A DNA stretch of 35,634 nt. It comes from Rhodoferax sp. UBA4127 (GTDB taxonomy: Bacteria > Pseudomonadota > Gammaproteobacteria > Burkholderiales > Burkholderiaceae_C). The notes under the pieces were generated by a model. That model was not told the origin of the DNA, did no database searches, and saw nothing but the letters and a program-made list of their open reading frames with translations. Made by a program: the position numbers and the translations under genes. Within the stretch, counting starts at the first letter, position 1, and each line of letters begins with the position of its first letter. Location of the stretch: assembly GCA_002381045.1 (NCBI GenBank), contig DFWT01000068.1, forward strand, positions 6,437-42,070, read 5' to 3'. Below, piece by piece: positions 27,981 to 35,634 of this stretch.

Positions 27981-30182
27981 CTACCGGGCGTTGAGCAGTG
28001 CCTTGGCTGCGGCGCTGTCCTCAGCCTTTTTGGCAAACTCTGCCCGCAACGCTTTGAGTTTTTCCCGTGGGTCTTCGCGCACGGTGGCCTGGTCCAAACC
28101 CATTTCAGCAATGAATCGGCTGGGTTGCGCGGCAATCATTTCCCGGCCTTTCTTTCGCTTGCGGGTCCAACTCACGGCCAGGCTGCGCTGGGCCCGCGTG
28201 ATGCCCACGTACATCAGCCGGCGCTCTTCCTGAATATGAATCGTTGATGCGTCCGTAGCGGCTTCATAGGCCCGCTCGGCGTCGGTCATTGAGGCGGCCA
28301 CCGGTTCACCGCTGTCCCTGAGCTTGAACGGCAACAGGCCTTCGGTCACACCCACCAGCATCACATGGGGCCACTCCAGCCCCTTTGCCGCGTGCAGCGT
28401 GGAAAGCGTCACGACGTTCTGGTCGGTTTCACGCTCATTGATGGTCGAGAGCAGCGACACAGTTTGCGCCACTTCCAGCAGCGACTTGACTTCACCCACA
28501 GTGCCCACGCCGGACGCGTCTTCCAGCGCACCACCACAGCGCTGTGACATCCAGTCGCAAAAATCCAGCACATTGGCCCAACGCGCTGCGGCCAGCTTTT
28601 CGCTGTCTTCACCGTCGTACAGGTACTTCTCAAACCCGATGGCCTTGAGCCAGTCCAGCAAGAAATCCTTTGCAGACTCCGCGCCGAGGGTGTGGCGTGC
28701 GCGGAACTCCAGGTCGTTGATCTCGCGGCCAAACTCATGCAGGCTGCCCAGTGCCTTACCTGAAATGACGCTGGACAGGCTGCTCGAGAACAGTGCCTCG
28801 AACATGCTGACCCGGTAGCGGGTCGCAAAGTCGCCCAGGTGGGCTAGGGTCTGGTGGCCAATGCCGCGTTTGGGTGTGGTCACCGCACGCAAAAAGGCTG
28901 GGTCGTCGTTGTTGTTGATCCACAGGCGAAACCAGGCGCACAGGTCCTTAATTTCGGCTCGATCAAAAAAGCTGGTACCGCCTGAAACCTTGTACGGAAT
29001 GGCTGCCTTGCGCAGTGCCTTCTCAAAGGTCTTGGCCTGGTGATTGGCCCGGTAAAGCACCGCAAAGTCACGCCATTCCTTAAACTGCGGACCGGCCTGA
29101 TTCAAGCCACTGGCACGCAGACTCTGGATGCGCGCCACGGTGCGCTCGGCTTCGTGTTCTTCGGTGTCGGCATCCACCACACGCACCGGTTCACCTTCGC
29201 CCAGGTCACTCCACAGGTTCTTGGGAAACAACTTGGGGTTGGGGCCAATCACGTTGTTGGCAGCGCGCAAGATGGCTCCTGTGGAGCGGTAGTTTTGCTC
29301 AAGCTTGATGACTTTGAGTCCTGGAAAGTCAATCGGCAGCTTCTTTAAATTGTCCAGCGTGGCACCGCGCCAACCATAGATGGATTGGTCGTCGTCACCC
29401 ACCGCGGTGAAGCGTGCTTGCGCCGGGTCTTTGCCGCCCACCAGCAGTTTCAGCAACTCGTATTGGGTGGCGTTGGTGTCCTGGTACTCATCAACAAGAA
29501 TATCGGCTACCAGCGCTTGCCATTTCTGCCTGACATGCTCATGTTGTTGTAGCAGCTTGAGTGGCAGGCCAATCAGGTCGTCAAAGTCCACGCTCTGGTA
29601 GGCGCTGAGGCGTTCTTCGTAGTGCGCCATCACACGTGCCAACATGCGTTCACTGTCGTTGCTGGCTGCAGCCAAGGCGCTGGTCGAATTCAGGCCCTGG
29701 TTTTTCCACAGGCTGATGTTCCACTGCAATTGGCGGGCGGCAGCGGCGTCCACATTGCCGCCAATGTCCTTGAGGATGCTGGTGACGTCGTCACTGTCAA
29801 GGATCGAAAAATTCGGCTTGAGCCCGAGCGCCGCGCCATCCAGCCGTAACAGCCGCACACCCAAGGCGTGAAAAGTGCAGATCACCACGTCTTTGGCGGC
29901 TTTACCAATCAGACTTCGAGCACGCTCGCGCATTTCGGCGGCAGCTTTGTTGGTGAAGGTGATGGCAAAGATGCGCTGCGGCGGCACGCCGGCCTGGATC
30001 AGTCGGCCAATTTTGTGGGTGATGACCCGCGTTTTGCCCGAGCCAGCGCCCGCCAATACCAGGCAGGGGCCGTGCATGAAGTTCACGGCTTCTTGTTGGG
30101 ACAGGTTCAGACCAGCGTTGGTTGGTGACGAAGAAGAATGGGACAAAGTAAAACCGAAAAAGTTGGCCGATAGAAAGGCCAA
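27981..30182 (-). CDS. rep: ATP-dependent DNA helicase Rep (UvrD family); true start probably slightly downstream, e.g. TTG 30146
   Basis: AGAGSGKTRVIT, TFTNKAA, VDEYQDTN, VGDDDQSIY, TLHAAKGLE, EERRLMYVGITRA; no UvrD C-terminal tail. Confidence 0.9.
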   Translation of the reverse strand: MAFLSANFFGFTLSHSSSSPTNAGLNLSQQEAVNFMHGPCLVLAGAGSGKTRVITHKIGRLIQAGVPPQRIFAITFTNKAAAEMRERARSLIGKAAKDVVICTFHALGVRLLRLDGAALGLKPNFSILDSDDVTSILKDIGGNVDAAAARQLQWNISLWKNQGLNSTSALAAASNDSERMLARVMAHYEERLSAYQSVDFDDLIGLPLKLLQQHEHVRQKWQALVADILVDEYQDTNATQYELLKLLVGGKDPAQARFTAVGDDDQSIYGWRGATLDNLKKLPIDFPGLKVIKLEQNYRSTGAILRAANNVIGPNPKLFPKNLWSDLGEGEPVRVVDADTEEHEAERTVARIQSLRASGLNQAGPQFKEWRDFAVLYRANHQAKTFEKALRKAAIPYKVSGGTSFFDRAEIKDLCAWFRLWINNNDDPAFLRAVTTPKRGIGHQTLAHLGDFATRYRVSMFEALFSSSLSSVISGKALGSLHEFGREINDLEFRARHTLGAESAKDFLLDWLKAIGFEKYLYDGEDSEKLAAARWANVLDFCDWMSQRCGGALEDASGVGTVGEVKSLLEVAQTVSLLSTINERETDQNVVTLSTLHAAKGLEWPHVMLVGVTEGLLPFKLRDSGEPVAASMTDAERAYEAATDASTIHIQEERRLMYVGITRAQRSLAVSWTRKRKKGREMIAAQPSRFIAEMGLDQATVREDPREKLKALRAEFAKKAEDSAAAKALLNAR

Positions 30183-30293
30183 GGCATGGCACAGGATTGC
30201 TGGATTGTCTCAGGTGATGGCCGTCGCAAGTGCAGTGCGATACTGCGCGCCGTTTGCAGAAGTTTGCAAAAAATCCAGTGTGGGAGGAATGGT

Positions 30294-31841
30294 ATGCACG
30301 GCACTGAACCGCATCGATGTTCGTCTGGGAGTGGACTGCGACGCATGGACTGGCGATGGTGTTTTGTCATGCTGGCCAGTCTGACGGGGTTGCTGGCTTG
30401 GCCGGCATTTGCGGAAGGTGCGCCTGGGTCGCCAACGCATACCTGCCGGGTCGAGGGCATGCCCAATGAGTTGCAGTGCGGCGTTGTCAAACGCCCGCTG
30501 AATCCCGCGGTAGCGGATGGCCCTCAGATTGATGTGCATTACCTGGTGGTGCCCGCCATGTCCCGCAACAAGCATCACGACGCCGTGTTGCTGCTTGCGG
30601 GTGGCCCAGGGCAGAGTGCGATCGATTTGGCACCGGCTGTCGTGCCACGATTGAGTCGCTTGAATAACCGGCGTGATCTGGTTTTTATTGACCAACGTGG
30701 CACTGGTTTATCAGCACCACTGCAGTGTGCAGATGATTCCAAGCTGCCTTTGCAGGAAAGTACCGATCCGGCGCAGCAGCTCCAACGCTTGCGTCAGTGC
30801 AGCGAAACAATCGCGAAGTTGCCCTATGGTGACATGCGCTTCTTCTCCACCACGTTGGCGATGCAGGATTTTGAGGCGGTGCGTGAGCAGTTGGGTGTGC
30901 CGCAATGGAACTTGGTTGGCGCCTCCTACGGGACCCGTGCCGCACTTGAGTACCTGCGGCAATTCCCGCAGAAGGTTCGACGCACCGTGATCGACGGTGT
31001 TGCACCGCCCGACATGGTGCTTCCAGCGAGTTTTGCGACCGACGGGCAGGCCGCGTTGGATGCCATGTTCAGGGCCTGCGAGGCGGACTTGCGCGGCCCG
31101 GCAGCATGCGCCAAACACTACCCGCAACTTCGGCAACAGTGGGGCGACTTGCTGAAGCGCCTGCCCATGCGGGTGACCGTGAATCATCCGGTGACAGGTG
31201 CGGCGCAAGCATTTGAATTGACCCGCCCGGTTTTGTTGCAAATGGTGCGTGGGCCACTGTATGCACCGGCACTGGCCTCGGCTTTGCCAGCTGCAATTGA
31301 CGCCGCGGCGCATGGAAATTTTGCCGGCCTGATGGGCCTGTCGGGTGCATTGGGTAATCGCAAGTCAAACAAGTTGGCCATGGGCATGCACTTTGCCGTG
31401 GTGTGCGCAGAAGACGTGCCGCGCATTGCTGACGCAGCGCAGCAACCACCCTCAGATTTTGGTCAAATCGATGTACAAAAGTATGAAAACGTCTGTGCGT
31501 TCTGGCCGCGCGGCGAGGTGCCATCCGGGTTCTACCAGCTTCCTGCGGCGCAATCACCGGTGCTGGTGCTCGGCGGCGGGGCCGATCCGGTCACACCACC
31601 TCGGCACGGCGAACGGGTCACCAAAGCCTTGGGCGCAAAGGCGCAGCATGTGGTGGTGCCCGAGGGGGGACATGGCGTGATGGGCTTGGGCTGTATGCGC
31701 GATGTGGTGGTTCGTTTCATCACCGCCCCAACCGACGCGCAAGCGCTGCCACAAGACGCCAGTTGCGCCATCAAAGTACCACGCCCGAGTGTGTTCCTAC
31801 CGGCTGGCACTGGCGTGAAAAAGGGGAGGGCGCATGATTGA
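30294..31841 (+). CDS. Secreted alpha/beta hydrolase, TAP-like peptidase (start ATG 30294 after GGAGGA, or 30345)
   Basis: Signal peptide ending AFA; GGPG, DQRGTG, GASYG nucleophile, DPVTP, GHG. Confidence 0.88.
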   Translation: MHGTEPHRCSSGSGLRRMDWRWCFVMLASLTGLLAWPAFAEGAPGSPTHTCRVEGMPNELQCGVVKRPLNPAVADGPQIDVHYLVVPAMSRNKHHDAVLLLAGGPGQSAIDLAPAVVPRLSRLNNRRDLVFIDQRGTGLSAPLQCADDSKLPLQESTDPAQQLQRLRQCSETIAKLPYGDMRFFSTTLAMQDFEAVREQLGVPQWNLVGASYGTRAALEYLRQFPQKVRRTVIDGVAPPDMVLPASFATDGQAALDAMFRACEADLRGPAACAKHYPQLRQQWGDLLKRLPMRVTVNHPVTGAAQAFELTRPVLLQMVRGPLYAPALASALPAAIDAAAHGNFAGLMGLSGALGNRKSNKLAMGMHFAVVCAEDVPRIADAAQQPPSDFGQIDVQKYENVCAFWPRGEVPSGFYQLPAAQSPVLVLGGGADPVTPPRHGERVTKALGAKAQHVVVPEGGHGVMGLGCMRDVVVRFITAPTDAQALPQDASCAIKVPRPSVFLPAGTGVKKGRAHD

Positions 31842-32625
31842 GATTCAAAACGTCTGCAAGCAATTTGTGGTTGCGGGTGAGGCCAAACCACTGCGTCGCG
31901 CACCAAAACAAATCATCGAGGCCGTGCGTGGTGTGAATCTACAGGCACCTAATGGACGCATCACCGGACTGCTGGGACCCAACGGCGCCGGCAAGACGAC
32001 CACCTTGCGAATGTTGGGTGCATTGTTTCAACCCGACAGCGGCACCATCACCGTCGATGGCATTGCGGTGGCAAAAGCGCCGCGTCAGGCACTTGCCCGC
32101 ATGGGCATCCTGGGCGATGCCCATGGCTTGTATCCGCGACTGACGGCACGGGAAAACGTGGTTTATTTCGGGCGACTGCAAGGTCTGGACAGCGGCACAG
32201 CCCATGCACGCGCGCAAGAGTTGGCCCGACTGCTGGACATGGGCGCGATTCTGGACCGGCGCGCCGAGGGTTTCAGTCAAGGTGAGCGTATGAAAACTGC
32301 GCTAGCCCGCGCTTTGGTGCACGACCCTGCAAACATTGTTCTGGATGAACCCACCAATGGGTTGGACGTGTTGGCCACCCGCGCCTTGCGTGAAGTTCTG
32401 CGTTTTCTCAGGTCACCTGAGGGTGGCAGCAAATGCATTGTGTTTTCGACCCACATCATGCCCGAGGTGCAGCAGCTATGCGAGCACGTGGTGGTGATGG
32501 CCAAAGGGCGCAGCGTTGCCGAAGGCACGGTCGACGAACTGCTAGCGCAGACCGGGCAAATCCATTTTGAAGACGCTTTCGTCAAACTTGCGTTCGAACC
32601 ACAAGACATCGGGGTTGCAGCATGA
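31834..32625 (+). CDS. ABC transporter ATP-binding subunit, NatA-like
   Basis: GPNGAGKTT, FSQGE signature, LDEPTNGLD, STH. Confidence 0.92.
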   Translation: MIEIQNVCKQFVVAGEAKPLRRAPKQIIEAVRGVNLQAPNGRITGLLGPNGAGKTTTLRMLGALFQPDSGTITVDGIAVAKAPRQALARMGILGDAHGLYPRLTARENVVYFGRLQGLDSGTAHARAQELARLLDMGAILDRRAEGFSQGERMKTALARALVHDPANIVLDEPTNGLDVLATRALREVLRFLRSPEGGSKCIVFSTHIMPEVQQLCEHVVVMAKGRSVAEGTVDELLAQTGQIHFEDAFVKLAFEPQDIGVAA

Positions 32626-33800
32626 ATGCAGATTTATTCAGAAACATGGGCGTGGTGCTGGTCAAGGAACTCATTGACGGGTTACGCGACCGACGCACAC
32701 TGTTGCGCCTGATGATTCCCGCGGTGCTGATGGGCCCCCTCTTGCTGCTGGCTATTTCGGGGCTGATTTCTTCGCTGGAAGAGCGTGCCGACAAGCGTGA
32801 GGTGATGGTGGCCGGCATCGACCACGCACCCACCTTGCGCAACTACCTGGAGCGCCAGACCTATACCATCAAAACAGCGCCGCCGGACTACGAGGTGCGC
32901 CTGCGTGCATCAACCTTGTTGGAGCCGGTATTGGTCATCGGCCCACAGTTTGAGCAGGACTTACTTGCGGCAGACCGTCCGGTGGTCGAACTGGTGAGTG
33001 ACAGCAGCAACCAGCGCGCTAGCGCCGGGTTGGGCACGCTGCAACGACTCCTGGCGGGTTTCAACCAGGAGCGAGCGACGTTGAACTTGGCACTGCGCGG
33101 TGTGTCCGTTGAACTGCTGCAACCGGTAGAGATCAACGAACGGGACCTGGCTAGCACCCAGGCACGTGCCACCCGCATTACCGCCATGATTCCCATGTTC
33201 ATCATCATGGCTGTTTTGTACGGCGCATTGACAGCCGCGCTGGACAGCACTGCAGGCGAGCGTGAGCGCGGATCGCTGGAGCCCCTCCTGATGAACCCGG
33301 TACAGCACTTGGCGTTGGTGATTGGCAAGTGGTGCGCGGTGGTCATTTTGGGTATGACCGTGGCCTTGATTTCCAGTCTGAGTTTTATTCCGGCCCAGTG
33401 GTTTATTCAGAGTGACAGCTTGCAGGCTATGTTCCAGTTCGGACCGTCCGAGATGTTCGCTTTCCTGCTGCTGCAAGTGCCTCTGGCGGCTGGTCTGGGG
33501 GCGGTGTTGATGGCCTTGGCGATACGCTCAAAAACATTTAAGGAGGCACAGGCGGGAAGCGGTCTGGTGATCACGCTGGTGGGTCTGGCGCCGATGATCA
33601 GCATGCTGAACCCGGGAGGTGATGCATCCTGGCACTTATGGGTTCCGGGCCTAGCCCAGAATACCCTGATGATGCTGGTGCTCAAGGGCGAATCACTGAG
33701 CTTGGTCAAGGTGTTGCCCGGCGTGCTTGTGGGGCTCTTGTTGGTGGTGAGTTGCCTGGTCTATGTGGCCCGCTCGATGCGTTTGGCGGTGGCCCGCTAG
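32622..33800 (+). CDS. ABC-2 type permease, NatB-like
   Basis: KEL..RDRRT, AGERERGSLEPLL, GKW; one TM, a large soluble loop, then about five TM. Confidence 0.9.
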   Translation: MNADLFRNMGVVLVKELIDGLRDRRTLLRLMIPAVLMGPLLLLAISGLISSLEERADKREVMVAGIDHAPTLRNYLERQTYTIKTAPPDYEVRLRASTLLEPVLVIGPQFEQDLLAADRPVVELVSDSSNQRASAGLGTLQRLLAGFNQERATLNLALRGVSVELLQPVEINERDLASTQARATRITAMIPMFIIMAVLYGALTAALDSTAGERERGSLEPLLMNPVQHLALVIGKWCAVVILGMTVALISSLSFIPAQWFIQSDSLQAMFQFGPSEMFAFLLLQVPLAAGLGAVLMALAIRSKTFKEAQAGSGLVITLVGLAPMISMLNPGGDASWHLWVPGLAQNTLMMLVLKGESLSLVKVLPGVLVGLLLVVSCLVYVARSMRLAVAR

Positions 33801-33909
33801 GGGCAGGGTGGCGCGGTGAACGGAATTTCCACCCCGGTCCAGCCTGCCATGAGAGTTGGTCTGCCAAAATGCAAACTGCCCCGACCACAGCTTTCAGACC
33901 GAATATGAC

Positions 33910-35265
33910 ATGAGTGCACTCAACATTTCAGACTACACCCAGACCCTGGGCCGTCAGGCCAAGCAGGCCGCCAGCCTGATGGCCAAAGCCAGCACGGCGA
34001 CCAAGAACCAGGCGTTGCTGCTGCTGGCCAAACTGCTGCGCGAGAACGTGGCAGCCCTGCAAGTTGACAACGCCAAAGACATTGAACGGGCCGTGGCTGC
34101 TGGGCTGTCCGCGCCGATGGTGGATAGGCTCAAGCTGACACCGAAGGTCATCGAGACCTGTGCCCAGGGCTGTGAGCAGTTGGCGGCCATGGCCGATGTG
34201 ATTGGCGAAGTGACTGCGCTGCGCCAACAACCCAGCGGCATTCGGGTCGGGCAAATGCGGGTGCCGATCGGTGTGTTCGGCATGATCTTTGAGAGCCGCC
34301 CGAACGTGACCATTGAGGCCTCATCCCTGAGCATCAAGAGCGGTAATGCCTGCATTTTGCGAGGTGGCTCAGAGGCCATCGACTCCAACAAGGCACTGGC
34401 CAAGCTGGTGCAACAGGCCTTGCTGGAGGCGGGTTTGCCAGCCAACGCGGTGCAACTGGTGCAGACCACCGACCGCGAGGTGGTAGGCCAGTTGATTGCC
34501 ATGCCGCAGTATGTGGACGTGATCATTCCGCGTGGCGGCAAGGGGCTGATCGAGCGCATCAGCGCCGGTGCCAAGGTGCCGGTCATCAAACACCTGGATG
34601 GCAACTGCCACACCTATGTGGACGAACCTTGTGACATGGCCATGGCCCTGAACGTGGCCGACAACGCCAAGACCAACAAATACAGTCCCTGCAATGCCAC
34701 CGAGAGCCTGCTTGTGGCACGCGGTGTGGCCGCCGATTTTTTGCCACAAATCGCCAGCATTTATGCAGCCAAAGGGGTAGAAATGCGATGTGATGCAGAG
34801 GCCCTGGCGCTTTTGCAGGCTTACGAGAAAAATAGATCTCTAGCCCAGACGAAAACAGTGTCAGATGCTACAAATAATGTATCAAGTGAGTCAAACCCGC
34901 CGCCGCTCAAATTGGTTGCTGCGCAAGAGTCGGATTGGTTTGAGGAGTACCTGGCACCCATCATCAGCATCAAGATGGTGGATGGCGTGGACGAAGCCAT
35001 TGCCCACATCAACCAGTATTCCAGCCACCACACAGATGCCATTCTGACGACAGACCACTTGCATGCGCAGGCTTTTTTGCGTGAGGTGGATTCGGCCAGC
35101 GTGATGGTCAACACCAGTACGCGTTTTGCGGATGGGTTTGAGTATGGCCTGGGTGCCGAAATCGGTATCAGCACCGACAAGTTTCACGCCCGTGGACCGG
35201 TCGGCATTGAGGGCCTGACCTCGCTCAAATATGTGGTGCTGGGCGAGGGAGAAGTGCGAGCCTGA
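33910..35265 (+). CDS. proA: Gamma-glutamyl phosphate reductase (start ATG 33910)
   Basis: [46 protein letters not shown]. Confidence 0.97.
   Translation: MSALNISDYTQTLGRQAKQAASLMAKASTATKNQALLLLAKLLRENVAALQVDNAKDIERAVAAGLSAPMVDRLKLTPKVIETCAQGCEQLAAMADVIGEVTALRQQPSGIRVGQMRVPIGVFGMIFESRPNVTIEASSLSIKSGNACILRGGSEAIDSNKALAKLVQQALLEAGLPANAVQLVQTTDREVVGQLIAMPQYVDVIIPRGGKGLIERISAGAKVPVIKHLDGNCHTYVDEPCDMAMALNVADNAKTNKYSPCNATESLLVARGVAADFLPQIASIYAAKGVEMRCDAEALALLQAYEKNRSLAQTKTVSDATNNVSSESNPPPLKLVAAQESDWFEEYLAPIISIKMVDGVDEAIAHINQYSSHHTDAILTTDHLHAQAFLREVDSASVMVNTSTRFADGFEYGLGAEIGISTDKFHARGPVGIEGLTSLKYVVLGEGEVRA
34839..34883 (-). repeat. Dispersed 45-bp motif, copy R6 (inside an in-frame insertion in proA)
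   Basis: Minus strand: GATACATTATTTGTAGC ATCTGACAC TGTTTTCGTC TGGGCTAGA. Confidence 0.8.
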
Positions 35266-35395
35266 AGCGGCTCCTGGCGCGGGGAACTAATGACGCTGAT
35301 GGTGCTCTGAGGTCTTTGTTGCGAGCTGTGGTTGCCTTAAGTGGCGTGCTCGTGGCAGACACCTACAATTTCGGCTCACATCCACAAGGCTCCCT

Positions 35396-35634
35396 ATGGT
35401 TCCGCACCTGATTACTGCCCTGACCGGCCCCATCAATGAATTGGAGCAGCGCGTGCTGGACTCCATGCCGGCCATCGAGCGCTGGTTTCGTCTGGAGTGG
35501 ATGGAACACACTCCCCCGTTCTACAGTTCGGTGGATGTGCGCAATGCCGGCTTCAAGCTGGCGCCGGTGGACACCAACCTGTATCCGGGCGGCTGGAACA
35601 ACCTCACGCCGCAGATGCTGCCGCTGGCGGTGCA
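35396..35634 (+). CDS. gshA: Glutamate-cysteine ligase, betaproteobacterial type, 5' part (absent from ORF track)
   Basis: MVPHLITALTGP...IERWFRLEW...PPFYSSVDVRNAGFKLAPVDTNLYPGGWNNL. Confidence 0.9.
   Translation, partial: MVPHLITALTGPINELEQRVLDSMPAIERWFRLEWMEHTPPFYSSVDVRNAGFKLAPVDTNLYPGGWNNLTPQMLPLAV

Noticed and set aside
28804-28848. TAGC...TGGGCTAGG in rep resembling the dispersed motif
   Set aside because: The palindrome is 14 nt rather than 17, the spacer is off by one, and the region is GC-rich; likely chance.

Overview
A GC-rich betaproteobacterial core-genome region. Gene order and protein style suggest Comamonadaceae, possibly Rhodoferax-like (inference). Order: leuB (partial)-leuD-entericidin-leuC, gltA-sdhE-sdhBADC and a GntR/SdhR regulator on the minus strand; then mdh, a CitE-like lyase, acnB, DUF47-pit, GNAT, rpsP-rimM-trmD-rplS, a Nudix CoA pyrophosphatase, a CbiB/AmpE-like protein, hisC, rsgA-PCD-M48 peptidase, orn, a DEAD-box helicase, a GGDEF protein, rep, a TAP-like hydrolase with a NatAB-like ABC pair, proA and gshA (partial). 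No transposase, integrase, CRISPR, rRNA or tRNA was seen. The main unexplained signal is a 45-bp AT-rich dispersed motif (GCTAy-N7-rTAGC, N6-CrC-N10, nGGGCTAGA). It occurs six times with identical ungapped spacing. Five copies lie in-frame inside housekeeping genes, all in the same orientation relative to the gene, and the 17-bp hairpin shows compensatory base changes. Also notable: complex II carries quinone-site substitutions reminiscent of fumarate reductases, a triple Pho box precedes DUF47-pit, an SdhR-type operator lies between sdhR and mdh, and the DEAD helicase has a long multi-hairpin leader. All family calls come from motif recognition by eye; no database search was run.
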